64,000 nt of DNA from Chrysomallon squamiferum (lineage: Eukaryota; Animalia; Mollusca): assembly GCA_012295275.1 (NCBI GenBank), contig CM022665.1, forward strand, positions 9,238,001-9,302,000, read 5' to 3'. How positions within the stretch are numbered: position 1 is the first letter of the stretch; each line of letters opens with the position of its first letter. The notes beneath the pieces are model-generated. The model was not told the DNA's origin. It searched no databases and saw nothing but the letters and a program-made list of their open reading frames with translations. Shown here piece by piece: positions 1-13,680 of this stretch. The position numbers and the translations under genes are program-made.

Positions 1-262
1 AACAATTTGTTATATGTTAGGAAAGGCTTTGGTCAATTAATTTTAAAAAAATATATTAAACAAAAAATTTCAAAGGTTATTATAAATTAAAAACATCTTT
101 TTAAAACAAATATCAATCAAAACAAGCAGTTTATCTTTATACATAACCTTTTATGTCTGGTTATTATTTACCAAATTTCACTCATGGTAAAAAACTTTAA
201 AAAAAAAATTGTTACATAAATTATTAAGAATTAATGCAATAACTTTTTTTAAGATTAGTGAC

Positions 263-1918
263 CTGTTTTATTTCTTTATCAAATTCTTCCTGCTGCTGCT
301 GCAATACTTGCTGGCGCAGCTGTTCCTGGACAGTTATCTCATTTTTCTGCATTGTTTGAGACATCTGGTGTATATGCTGCATTAAATTTGGATCGTTCAG
401 AATATTCTGAACATTGCTCATAGGAAAACTGAAATAAAACAATGGATTATTTAAAATGAGCTTAAATACAAATACTTTTTTTATTAATGTTTAAATATTT
501 TTGTTAACATGCTTATTTTGCAAGAAGAAACAATGAAAATCAACAATATTCAAACAAACTTGAATGAAAAACTGTTACAGCTAATTAAGTTTATAAACAC
601 TTCTTCAATCACACATTGCAGTTCTTTTGTTCTTTTCTCATCATGATTATGGTAACATTTAGAAAAAAAAAGATCATCCAAAAACTGAAGCATTTACTGA
701 TCTGACCTAAAGAAAATTACCTTTGTTGCATTCCCTGAGTTCCCTCTTTTTTATCATCTTCATCATCACTTTCTCCATAATCAAAATCTAGTAGTTTCTG
801 AAAAGCAAAATCAGTCCATTTTTAAATACATTCTGACATCAATGAAATGTTTTGTTTCTGTTCAGACAGGTGGAGGTATGATTGACAAGGACACGCTACC
901 TGAGCATTTGAAAGGTATTTTGTTTGAAACTGTGCATCTTACTAATGTTGTAAATGAATCTGTAAAGCAGTTAGAGGCACGTAAGCCTACATATTATATC
1001 ATACAAATATTTTTTTATTGCCTATTTTACTAACTGTTGCCTCTTGTTCAAAAAAACTCTCTAGCAATAAAAAGTACAATTCGAAATACAGATATCTTAC
1101 TTTATTAAAACCAGGTTCTGGTGGTGGGTTGTCACTAACAGCAGCCCCAGTCTTGCTAAGAAGCTGATTAGTTAGTGTCTGTATCTGAGCCAATAAGTTG
1201 CTGTCAATCACTGGCCCTGACTCTTGAGGTTTCTGCATCAGTTCAGTTTGCTGCATTAGCTGCTGCTGGAGAATTTGCAACTGCTGCAACTGATGCTGCT
1301 GGGCACTTAAACTTGTTATACCTTGCTGTTTACAAAATAAATTAAACACAAACTGAAATATTGAATGCAAAATTTAACAGATATAAAAGTAATTCCATTT
1401 TAAGTACCATTTTAGTTTTATGCTAAACCCTTACAAATTTAATGGAAATATAATTAGATGTCTAAATTTTAACAGTTTTATTCTACTTAATATTTATATT
1501 TAGGATTATAGGACGGACAAAAATTTAATTTACAATCTTGCATTTTCTACAAACACAATTTCAAACATTTCCATAAGTATGGCACCATGCAATTTTCGCC
1601 CTTTATTAGATAAAAGCTATTTCAATAAATGTTATTTATGTTTGGATATTTATCTGTTATTTCCTAATTTTTAAATGGTTTTATTTAAAATATGTAACAC
1701 TAACATTGATAAAACTTACATCATCAGTCTGTTGTAACAGTTTAGTTACTGTTGCCAACATATCATTCTGTGTAGCGACAATGCTCTCAGCAGTTTTTGA
1801 ATTGTCAACATGAGATTTATCAGCTGCTATACCAGATTGTGATGCCGAACCATGAGATTTTGCCTGAGCATTAACAACTCTTTCAACAGCTCTCTGTGCT
1901 AAAAGCAATTAAAAATAA

Positions 1919-1951
<33 letters not shown>

Positions 1952-4900
1952 CATCTACATTTAAAAACACATTTTAGAATATCCAGTGCTTAAATAAAGT
2001 ATTACAGTCCAAATGGCTGAACAGTAAAAATCAGAACTACTAATATGTTCTAACATGTCCATAATATGAAAATAAACTGAAATATTTTCTCAACTTTAAA
2101 ACCCAGTGCACGTTTCCTATTACTACCAGTAAGTTTATAAAAACATAGGGGGTGAAAAGCCAGTATTAAACAACTGTTTCAACAGTGACAGCTTAAATTC
2201 TAAAACAGTGATACAAATCACATCATCTGTTTTTCATATAACATTTTATTTCAGTAATCCCAAGAAACTTTTATTACTACCACAGTTTGACAATTTCAAG
2301 AATAAATTTTAATAAATGAAAAAGAAATGTACCTGTAAGAACCAGTTCTACATTGTTAGGATCTGCAGCAAGATCTAGTAGTGGTTGCACAACCTCCATA
2401 GGAAACACTCCATTTTTCTGCCATAGATTTAGTACACGCACAACTTTACTCTGTTAAAAAGAAAAAAGAAAGACAAAATGTATAGGATTATGAATATATA
2501 CCGAGTGACTGATCTGTTTTAGGCACAAGGAGGAAAACATTGTGTGCTTTCAAATTGTATGCCTCTATAAACACATTAAAAATAATAAAGCTTGTTCAAT
2601 CATGTATTTTAAATATTAAAAATCTTGACAAGATTTAATACTCATAAAAACCTTTACATGTTTATATATTTGTTCTTATTTCTTTCCAGATAATTTTATT
2701 TAATAGGATACAGTCATAACTTGGAAAGTTTTAGACTTCAAGTAAAAAGGTCAAATTACTATTTAAATGTATGTATACCTTTTCTTCTGGTGGACATTTA
2801 AAAAGATTCTGGAATGTTGAAACTATGTTTTTGGTAAAACGTGGAGCAAAGACATCTTTTTCTGTATTGAATTGGTGTCGAGACTGTCGCACTATTGAAT
2901 CAATCACATACAAGCCAGGTACCTTGTATTCAGGTTTACACTGAAATAAATTTTTTATTAAACAATGAAAACACAACAACATTCATGTTTATTTTTCTCA
3001 CAGAATATTAAGTAATTTATTTCAGAATGACAGTGACAAAGGTTATTACCTTATAATTACAATATATATTTGAAAAGTTGAAAACAGAAATATTTTGAAT
3101 TATTAATAATGTCTAAAGGTAAACAATATTCAACCAACCTTCTGAATAAATTTTTCAACACTCTGCACAACATGTTTGTAGAATTTGATAGCCTTTATGC
3201 CACATTTTGTGACATTGGCCATTTTGGCTCGCGATATTGGAGGCCGCATTTCATACAGAGATGAAAGCTGAAAATAAATTTGAAATATACTTTTTTTAAT
3301 GTTTTATTTAAAATGTAGAAAATAAAATTGTTCTGACAGTTTAATAACTAAAAAATATGTCCAGGGTTTGTACACCCTTTGGAAGTTCATTTTCCATAAC
3401 TATACCATGACTCAACACAATTCCATGACTGTATAATAAGAAGACATTTTAATGATGAATTTGTTATAACGTACATATCTGTATTCAAAACAGAAATATC
3501 ACAGGTTCAACTACTGTATTACAAGAATTTTATTCCAAAATTCATCTATACAAAAACAGAAATCTGAGTATGTGTATCCAATATCAGATCTTAATTTTTA
3601 GGTTGTATCTTTCAAGTCCACTGTTATAATGTATTTCAGTTATTTGCAACTTAAGCTGTATTAAATAATAAAGAAACTCTTTACAATTATATTACTTCAG
3701 TCATATGGAAACATTTTAAATATACAATAATAATAAAGCAGGGGTTAATACATGACTCCATACGGGTCAAGTAAAGTTACAGGAAATCAGTAGAACATTC
3801 AGTGGTTAGAAATCATGAATATTAAATAATAAATATGAAATTTTTAGAAACCAATACAAATTGATATACATGTGAAATGTATGTCCAATTTTAAATGCAC
3901 ACCCCTGCACCCCACAAAATTAATATCATTGGCTTTGGATTTTTCTTTTTTTTAATCATGATTTCATTACACTACATGTACATACTGAACACGAAAGAAT
4001 GTTGTCTAACGCCAAACATTCTTGATGTAGTGAGTTGCATTTATTTTCAATGATGACCAAAATATCATTTTGTTTATTTTATTTTTCAAATAAAAAATAA
4101 TTCTTCTCAATATAAACAGACTGAATTTAGTTTCAGTACACGTAATCAGCAGATGTTCTAGTTGTAGTTCTCATAATTTTCTATTTTGTTAGTGATTCAG
4201 ATTATTCAGAATTTGATCAATAATATTTATTACACTGATGCATTCATTCTAACTTAGCTGTTAGTTGGAAAATAGTATATAGAGTTATATTTTTTATGGA
4301 AAAACCAACACCCTGCTTTATCAGGAACTTAAGTGTCTAACAAGTACAAAGGGCTCTTTCTTTATAATATTCTATACTGCAGCTGTGAGCCAAGCATTGC
4401 TGAATTAGAACAGTTTTGTTTCTATGTGACTTTATACTTATTCTTTCATTTTTTAATTTGCTCTATATTGCACACTAACATTTTTGAACAGTATGTATGA
4501 AAACAAAAGGTTTAAAACTGCATTAAAACTGAATTCACTGGTTTGATATGTCTATTACACAGTAGATTCAGTTTTTAGTGTAAAATTCATTAATCATTAA
4601 AGGGAAATAATTACAATTCCTAACATTTACATGGACAAGTATATTTTTGATGGTACCAACTCAACCTGCACTTCATGATGGCACAAATTTAGTTCACCAC
4701 ATTTATGTACTACATCAGTTGTTTTTCTGTCAATAATTATACCAGAATGCATTTGTTCCATGTGTAAACTGTTTGAAGTATGAAGATTCCTGTATACATC
4801 AAACTTCACAATAAATGTATTTCTAACATTAAAAGATCCCTGTTCAGATTTTTTTTTTTAAATTATTTGTCAATGTGGGTACATTTCTGTAGTGATCAAG

Positions 4901-7900
4901 TTCTTGCTGAAATGTGAAAACTGGCCTTCATAAACTATGACCAGTATCTTAATGAACAGGTCAAGGTGAAATGAAAAGACTGAATTAACAGTGATGTGTA
5001 ATTCATAATTTATGTTATAATTAAAAGTCTTCACTGACATTTTCTTAGATTAAAAAGCAACCAGAAGATGCTTTGGAATGCATTTAAAATCCTGAAAGCT
5101 CAATTATCAATGGCTTCAGGAGATTGTACCTTCCACTGAAGATCTCTTAAGGTTCCTTGAAGATAATTTATTTAAATGTTTTCTCGATTACAAAAACTAA
5201 GCATGTTACAATATTCTTGTTAGTTATGAGACAAAACCATCTCTACTGCAGCAAAAGGTTGCCCAATTGCCTTGAAATACACAAGGCAACAGTTACCTAA
5301 TTTGAAGTACAAAGATGTGGTGTTCATAGCAAGCAATGAGGCCACAGCAACAGCTTCAAATGTTTGAAGTGTTTGATGTTTTGTACGCATTAGTGATTGC
5401 ATTGCATTCTATTCCCGTTTTAGATAACATTTTCTTTCTGAAACAATGTTGGCTATGAAGACAATTCTCAGCAAGTTAGATCTATACCATAACAAATGCA
5501 TAAGGTAAATGAATGCTAATTAAGTAACTAGTAAAAAAATGATGAATGTTAACAAAATGCTTGAAAATATAAAATCTCTCAAACTTACCAGTCATGAAAA
5601 ATTATCTTTTTTTTAAAATACTGTTTAAGGGGACACACAAGTCGAAAAATTACAAAATTTGAAAACAAAAATCATTTTTGAGATTTTGACAAAACTTTTA
5701 CAAACATTATTCAACTTTCTAGTCAGAAAGTGATGTAATAGATATAAGTGTGTCATATGACACTTCATGGATAACTCAATGCTGTCAGATGGTGATGTTA
5801 AAACATTTTTACATCTATCCTCACTCATTGTGCATGGGGATGAATGTAAATTACAAAAGAAAGAAAGCATGAACCATATGTTAAAAAGGATGAGTGCAGC
5901 AATGAGAAAAGTGGGAGGGGAAGCTCAACAGCAAGGTGTTATAACAGGTGGGAAAGGGCATGGGAAACTAACGGCTGCTACTATCTCTTGCAAAATAGTA
6001 TGGCAGTGCAAGTCACAGCACCACTAGTGACTTGGAAACTAATAAATGCTGTATCTACATCATTTTTTCATGCTCTTTCCACAGACCAAGAACCACCTCA
6101 TGATCACTGCCCAAAGGGTCCTTCCAGTTGGTGTTTTTATCGATGAGCATTGGTTGTGGGTAAACACCCAGGCAGCCATGCTAAAAACATGGGAACACCA
6201 TTGTCAAAAGAAGTTGGACAATTTGTTAACCCAATCTATATTCAACTTGGCAATGAAAACCTTTTATGTCAATGTCTAAAATGGAAGACATAAATTAGTA
6301 ATGAAAGTCTGCATACAATGATTTGGCAGAAATGCCCCAAAACATACTTTGTGGGGAAATTAAGGGTGGACAATGGGGTTGCAATGGCAGTGAGTGAATT
6401 TGGTGAGGACTGTGTAAAAAGTGTTTCCAATACAGTAGCAGGTGGGTGGAGCTGCTATGACGTTAGCCCATTCAAAAGATTCTGAACAAATCCACATGAT
6501 AGAAAGGAAATCTGCCAGACTAAAAAAAAGTCAAAGAGAAATAAGACATTTGAAAAGGATTCAGCAACAGGAAATGCCTGCTGCAGCTGAAGGTGAAACT
6601 GCATATGCAGCTCGAGAAATTTATTTATAAATATGTTATTATAAGTTTCAAGGACAAGAACTAACTTTTCTTGCACAAAATTATGTAACAATAAAGTGTA
6701 TTAAAAAAAGTTTTTAAGATAAATGTTTCATGTTTTTTTTAAATGGAAATACATAGACAGTTATCATAATAATTATACGTAACATCACCTTAGTAGTTAG
6801 AGTAAGTGGAAATGTAGTTATAAACCTTTATTTGCTGTTTTCTCACATTTAATTTTTCATACTTTTCTAAATGTTTATGAATGTGCGGCATTAAAACCAT
6901 TTGTGCTAGAGATCCCAAATTTGGAATATATATTTTTAGAAACAAACACTAGAAAATGACATGAAGAATATCTTGAAAACATTATCCATTCTGCTGAAAA
7001 ACATCTTTTTTTAAATTGTCTTTTGAACTATGTAAGAAAAGGCAAATATCTTCTTGTTACTTTCTAGAAATAAAAGTCCAACTAGGCGTAGCATTGCAAC
7101 AAAGATAAGAAGCAAGGTGAAAAAGACATCCATAAGACAAATTCAGCAATGGACATTGTAAACCAGGTAATACTGCAGAAAATAACTTGAAATTATTACA
7201 GCACCCTTACCAGCATTATCAAAGCCAGAAAATTAGCACAAGCCACCAACATAAGTTAAGACCTATGGATCCGACAACTCTTGATTTCAAATTGAACCTT
7301 GTTTGTTCCAGACCAATTCCTCCATGGCAACATCAAAGTTGACAATAAGCAATATCTTATTTTTGCTTCTGATAAGATGCTACAGTTGCTTTTGAATGCC
7401 AAAACATGGTATTTGGATTCAACATTCAAACTGCTCAAGGAACCATTCATGTAGCTATTGACAATACATGGCATGCACAACTCATCAAATTTCAAGTTCA
7501 GTCACTGTCTGCAAATAAGCCGCCAACAGCATAAATAGTGACAGCACCAAGGACAATTGTTTGACATGTGGGATGCCTACATCACTGGAAACAAAATATG
7601 AAACAACTTCTATTCCAGTGCTATTTGCATTTTATGTGCAACCATGTTCATTAGAAATAGAATAATGGCAAAAGAGATGTCAGTGTTGGGCAAAAAAAAA
7701 AAATGTTGGAAGAAAATTATGTATAGGCCTAATGGCATTCGGGGATTAAATAGGGTTGAAACAACACTCAAACAATTATTGTATGCACTGTGTAGTCAGT
7801 GTTAAATGTGATGGGGATATTTTCACACAGGGACAATGTGACTGGAAAACTGATGAAACCTGCATCAGTTACAGGATTTTAAATCATTGTTCCTTAATAT

Positions 7901-8600
7901 TCAACATATTCCTAGGTCTTTCCAACTGTTATTTGTTTTCTTATTTCTGACGTTTGAAATTTTTGTCCACATACCTAATACCCTAATTACGTTTGTTGGT
8001 TTGAACCTGCAAGAGATATTCACTGTTTATGTTGTCAGTGACTGAAATGAATCAGTTTCTCCTTAGATTCAGAAGGGAAAATATAGGTAAATTTCATTCA
8101 TATAAAAATTCGTAACTTCTTTCATGTCACTGCTATCAAAGACATTTTGGTGTCATTTTTATATGAGATTGTTTGCTTATTTTTGTGTTGTTTTTGTTTA
8201 TTTTTGTTCCTTTCTGGTTATATATAATTATATGCATATATAATATTTTTGAAAATTTTGCACATACCTATTCTTGTGACCAAGTTTAGAAGTTTGCCCC
8301 AACAAAACATTCGTAACAGTGTTAGTATTAATATTACTGTTAGATCTGCCGTCATCGTATTAGGTTTCTTATTTCGATTAAGATGATAGTAATTTTATGA
8401 CACCATAAACAAGTTCAACATGCAGGATACGGTACTGAAAAGCGTCTTCAAATATTACTATTGAGCACTTTCTCTGTATTCTAATTGAACTTTTATCTTA
8501 GTAAACCACTTTCATTTTGTCAAAACAATCTACTATTTTCAAAATTATTCGAAACAAAATTAAATTGTACCTCATTATTAAAAGCTCTCACAGCCTCCAT
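263..8600 (-). CDS. SCAF8: SR-related CTD-associated factor 4/8 orthologue (CID domain plus Q-rich linker); 5' part only, continues off the left edge
   Basis: GT-AG exons join in phase: 8600-8571 (MEAVRAFNNE), 3267-3139 (LSSLYEMRPPISRAKMANVTKCGIKAIKFYKHVVQSVEKFIQK), 2940-2779 (CKPEYKVPGLYVIDSIVRQSRHQF...FAPRF), 2450-2333 (SKVVRVLNLWQKNGVFPMEVVQPLLDLA), 1898-1720, 1325-1101 (Q-rich), 797-721 (KLLDFDYGESDDED), 428-263. The CID closely matches recalled vertebrate SCAF4/SCAF8; it is probably a single co-orthologue of both. Confidence 0.93.
3362..3430. mobile_element. Possible terminal fragment of a non-autonomous hAT-type DNA transposon
   Basis: Starts CAGGGTTTGTAC followed by repeated (TT)CCATRAC motifs, a pattern recalled from hAT termini. 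No second terminus identified. Confidence 0.25.
5625..7030 (+). mobile_element. Decayed, internally deleted Kolobok-like DNA transposon (transposase pseudogene) in SCAF intron 1
   Basis: Begins TTAA-GGGGACAC. Fragments broken by stops and frameshifts read LSDGDVKTF..KKESMNHMLKRM..GGKGHGKLT, FFHALSTDQEPPHDHCPKGPSSWCFY and CLKWKT*ISNESLHTMIWQKCPKTYFVG. These match the DGD / H..CP....WC / NES...W...PK motifs of Kolobok-type transposases. Right end approximate. Confidence 0.65.
7060..7650 (+). mobile_element. MULE/MuDR transposase relic, internally deleted
   Basis: 7311-7472 reads DQFLHGNIKVDNKQYLIFASDKMLQLLLNAKTWYLDSTFKLLKEPFM*LLTIHG, i.e. the MULE W.xDGTFK..PF.QL.TIH motif with an in-frame stop. 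~7548-7595 reads QGQLFDMWDAYITGNK, resembling a MULE C-terminus. Boundaries approximate. Confidence 0.7.
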
Positions 8601-9343
8601 CTTATATTCAACCTCCACCGAACCTAATCTAATTTAAAAACAAAACAATATTAATTTAAAATATTGAATTATCACATTGCACGCTGGACAAAATGGCTAC
8701 CTGCAAAACATCCCATAATTCTTTCTCAATGTATTATAACCATATTTTTCATTCGTCATTCACTATAAAGGCAGCCAATGGCATTGTCGTTTTCAAAACA
8801 CCGGTATGTCGGTTTTTATAAATTTATCACTTTGTGTTGAAACGTAATAACAGCAGTCATCACTTTGAGAGGAAGTAAATAATGTAAATTAAACCAGTTT
8901 TTATCAGTATACATGAATAATTCGCACTGATTTGGACTGTTTAATAAACATGCATACACATTTTGTAAAATTAACAAAAAATCTGAAATTGTTTCAATAT
9001 TAAAAATTGCACATTAACGCGCCGCGTTTACACGCAAGCACGTATCTTAGTTTTTAGTACGGAAATGTTTACTTCAGAAAGTACATAGCATTTATATATA
9101 ATAATTTTTAAAAATTAATATTCTAAATAATTATCCCCGTGACTTTTTAGATTCATGTACTTATTATTATTATTTTTTTTTTTCTTCTATTTTTATTTAT
9201 TTTATTTTATTTTTTATGTTCAGTACTATTAATATTATAGTAGTACTTTCCAAATATTTCATAATTTGATATATTTATTTCGAACCGCACATGCTGATTA
9301 TGAATGAAGGCTGGTAACAATGTAATAAGCACTGATGTACGCA

Positions 9344-9419
<76 letters not shown>

Positions 9420-9500
9420 AGCGGATTAATCCTTGAATTCAATCTAATTAGCAGCTGTTCCAAACGTAATACCGAGGAAGTCAGCTTTTGTAAGATCTGT
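8601..9500. promoter_or_regulatory. Putative shared (bidirectional) promoter region between SCAF (-) and MANEA (+)
   Basis: Head-to-head gene orientation and local CpG enrichment. Contains a YY1-like AAAATGGC (~8690), CCAAT (~8775), ETS-like GGAAG (~8871, ~9476) and a candidate + strand donor CCG|GTATGT at 8803/8804. TSS not determinable. Confidence 0.45.
9345..9418. repeat. (CT)n microsatellite
   Basis: Directly visible, one interruption. Confidence 0.95.
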
Positions 9501-10978
9501 TGTTAAGGTTTGATCCCAGTAGATTCAGTATCTAACAAGCCTCGTATTATTTTGGGAGCGGACATAAAATTGATTTTTGGTTTGTGTAAATACATTCAGT
9601 TTCACTGGCTAAATATTATGTACGTAAAGTTAAAGCAATTTTTTAGTGACGTGAGGCATTTGACATTTTGCACAGATGGATATCTTAATCGATTTCTGAA
9701 TAGCGAATAAACAAAACCACGTCGCATATTTAAAACATGACAAGTTAGAAGATACAGCATTTACAGATTTAGAGGACTATTTTATATGGTTTGTTGCTTT
9801 ATATTATTTTCATTATTTATAATTAATTGTATTTAAATACATTCTAATGTGATAGCAAGATTTATGTGGGGGGGGAATAGCTCAACTGTGTATACTTCAA
9901 AGACACGTAATTGCTTTATTTGAACATAAGATCAATCTTTGCTAACAGTTAAGTACGATAAATACTCATGACGTCATGTCATACATTTAAACGTAAAACA
10001 AATGTGTACTAGGTTTGTAAATCACTAGCTTATGGTGCGATTCTCACTTGTTTTCAAGAGGCTATATCCTGTTCCAACAATACTCTACAACTGATATATT
10101 AAAAACTATATGCTTTCCAGTTTGTTTAGTCACATAAAAATTTACCTGCTTTTCATTAAATTCCATTATTCTGCAACCTATAAATTGTAGATAATTTGAT
10201 CTTTAGATTTTGTTTTGTTTTTGTTTTATGTTTTTTTTTTTTCTTGTGTTTTGTATTATTACTAAGTACTTTCTTTCCTCTACATTTATAAACTCTTTTA
10301 CAAAATAAATCTAGGTGAACCATACTTTAATTAGATAAAATAATAATAAATAAATAATAAAAATAAAGACAACAATGAAACTCCTTGGAAAATATTTGTG
10401 CTGGTTTGTTAGTTTTTGCCTGTAAATAAAGAAGCATATAAGTCCAATTTAATTTTTTTTTTTTAAGGAGGAAAATACATTTCCCAAATGTTTTCTTTAA
10501 AAACAAATTATAGTTTGATTTGATTCCTTGTGTTCAAATCATAATTTACAGAATAGAATTAAAATATATTTCTTCTAGATTAATTCTCAAACAAATATTG
10601 TGATTGCAATCAAGATACATGTAGTAAGAAATAATTTTTTATTCTATGACTCAAATAATATAAAATTTTGAAATATTTTGACTTTCAAGAGAACCTTTTA
10701 TAAATGAAAATTAAAACTATTTTTAACACTTAGAACTATCTTTAAAGTATTTAATATTTTCTTTTTAAAAATCCATATAAATGTTAGGTTACCATACAAA
10801 TGTCATATAACCACTTTTTTTAGAAGGTCTTGTGACTGAATTACAATTTTAAACATTTGTTTATTTTATTTTATTTTATTTTATTTGTTCATTCATTCAT
10901 TTATTTATTTTAGATCAGAGGAATGATCGTTTAAGTTGAAGATGAATGTTAATGTAATTTTTATGTTGAGTAATTAAA

Positions 10979-13024
10979 ATGTGGCCTGGACGAACTTGTG
11001 GCTTTAAAAGATTTGTTTTGTTTTTTACTGTTTCTTCTTGTGTGTTGTGGATTTTTCTTGGATTATACTTCGTATCTATAATGAGGAAAGTTGAGGAAGA
11101 ACATCGTTACATTCCAAATCTTTTGATTAAGAAGCATTCCCAAAGTGCTGATAACAGATTGCCTACAACAGCTGAATCTGCATTTGAAAAGTTAAAACGA
11201 ATACACGTGAAGAAAATGAATCAAGCTGGCATAAAAATATCTATTTTAGAAAAGTACAGCAACTTTAACAATAATAATTCTTCAAAGAGTAATTCAATTT
11301 TGGAGAAGTTGAAAATGATTCATCAAAAGAAAATGAACAAAGCAGGTTTTAACATTGAAACTCAAGAACACAATTTTGTTAACACAGATTTGCTTTTAGA
11401 AGTTCCAGACAATTTAAAGATAAACTACAATGTCCACATATTTTATTACCCATGGTATGGCAATCCAGAAAAGGATGGTCAGTATTTTCACTGGAATCAC
11501 AGATACATTCAACACTGGGACAAACTGGAGCGTGACAAATGGCAGTTAGGATTTCACAAACCCCCTGAAGACATTGGCTCTAATTACTATCCTTTGCTAG
11601 GCCTATATAGTTCTCAAGATGTCAGAGTGGTTAATGTTCATATGAAACAAATAAAGAGCTGTGGAGCTGGTAATAATTTTTCATGTATTAAACTAAAAGA
11701 TAATTTTCATCAATGATATAATTTTGTTATGTATTTCACCAACAGAAAATTAATATTCAGAAAATACTAGCATATACCCCTTATTTTTAGTTTATAATAT
11801 GATTTTTCATAAATTATAACTATTACCCCCCTAAAAAAAACCACTATTAGTCATATTTTAATTACTGATGTTTTGAACTGATAGTAAGAAAGCTGGTCAC
11901 TGGTTCTCCTATTTGTTTAATTATTGATATTTTTAATTTCAGGTGTCATTGTAGTGTCATGGTATCCAAAAGGTATGGCTGATAGTGAGGGAAAGGAACC
12001 AGACAGACTGATGTTACTAATTTTAGATACAGCACAACAATATAATCTTAAGGTTAGATTTAGCTTTGATATATATATATATTTCTAAATTTTCTGTTTT
12101 CAGCCCATAAAGGTAACAGATTTTATAACAATTTTAAATATATTGTCTTTGATAGAAATTAGGATGTTGTTTGAGTGCCAAAGTAGCCTAATGTTTTCCA
12201 GTTGTTTCTGTAAAGAATGAAAGAAACTAATCTAGGCAGACATTTCTGGTACTTTTCTTTAAATATATTTTATATCTTCTTTGAAAAATGCTAAGATCTT
12301 TTATTATCTTTGAAATTTTCAGGTTACTTTTCACATTGAACCATACAGCAACAGAAATCACATCACACTGAAGAGTGATTTAAAATACATTATGGATTCT
12401 TATGGAAAACATCCAGCATTGTACAAGATGTTTCACAAAGGAAAATATCTGCCAGTTTATTACATTTATGACTCTTACCTCCTATCATCTTCAAACTGGT
12501 CCAAGATTTTCAAACAAGGTGGTTCAGACAGTGTGAGAAATACTATCCTAGATGGCATTTTCATTGGGCTTCTGGTTCAGTTGAAACACAAAAGAGACAT
12601 TACAAATGCTGGTTTTGATGGCTTCTATACATATTTTGCAAGCGATGGCTTTACCTATGGCAGTAGCTGGAAAAACTGGCAAGATATTTCAACTTTTGCT
12701 AAAAAGAATAGACTTTTATTTATTCCCAGTGTAGGTCCAGGATATATAGATACACACATCCGTCCATGGAATGCACACACTACCAAAGACAGGGATCATG
12801 GTAGGTATTATGAAAGTTCCTTTAAGTATGCTTTGGAGGCAAAGCCACCTCTGATATCTATTACATCATTCAATGAATGGCATGAAGGAACACAGATAGA
12901 GCCAGCAGTTCCAAAGCACATTTCTAATTATGAATATGAAGACTACCAACCTGAAGGACCATATTTTTATTTAGATCTAACAAGGAAATTTGTTGACAGG
13001 TTTTCACAAATTCAAAATAAATGA
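10979..13024 (+). CDS. MANEA: Glycoprotein endo-alpha-1,2-mannosidase (GH99), type II Golgi membrane protein, ~500 aa
   Basis: Exons 10979-11669, 11943-12052 and 12323-13024 join in frame (1503 nt). N-terminal TM anchor; motifs HIFYYPWYGNP, PPEDIGSNYYP, GVIVVSWYP, VTFHIEPY, GFDGFYTYFA, FIPSVGPGYIDT..RPWN and catalytic ISITSFNEWHEGTQIEPA. An acceptor at 10913/10914 implies an upstream non-coding exon. Confidence 0.96.
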
Positions 13025-13603
13025 TTAAAACCAAATTTTATTTATTAATTAATCTTATAACCAGTGAAAACAAGATTTTATACTTCTTTTGCAGGTGGTG
13101 CTACTGCTGTTTAAAAAAAAAAAAATATTTAATATAAATTTTGATTCCAAAGATATTAAGCAGAATTCAGAAACATTATGCATTTTTTGTTTTGGCTTTA
13201 TTTGTTTTGTTTGTGTTTTAATTGGTTTAATTTAATGTGTGTGTGTGTGTGTATGTTATATGTATTATTTAATTTTTTTTAATTTCAATATTTTTTTTTT
13301 TTTTTAAAGATTAATTTAATTTAATTTTATTTATTTATTTAATTTTTTATCTTTTATTTATGTTGTTTGGTTTTTGGTAATTCAATTTATTATTGATGTA
13401 ATTTGTTGGTTGTAGATTGTTTTAAATCCTTTTTATGTTAAATATATTAACATGAACGTTTTCTGCATTTCCGCAATTTAAACGTTTGTCGTGCTAAACA
13501 GTAAAAAGTAAATAACTGGCTAGGACCTTTTCTCTCTTCTTTTTAAAAAAAAAAAAAAAAAAAATTTACAATAACAAAATAACTATAAAGGGGAGAAGAA
13601 GTT

Positions 13604-13680
13604 ATAGATAGATAGATAGATAGATAGATAGACAGATAGACAGATAAATAAATAGAAAGATAGACAGACAGATACAGATA
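13604..13680. repeat. Imperfect (GATA/GACA)n tetranucleotide repeat
   Basis: Directly visible. Confidence 0.85.

Noticed and set aside
842-1033. 63-aa + strand ORF
   Set aside because: Lies antisense within a SCAF intron; no recognisable motifs or splice support.
4600-5420. Minus-strand ORF fragments in SCAF intron 1, possibly a CACTA-like transposase remnant
   Set aside because: Only vague resemblance; no diagnostic motif or terminus can be read with confidence.
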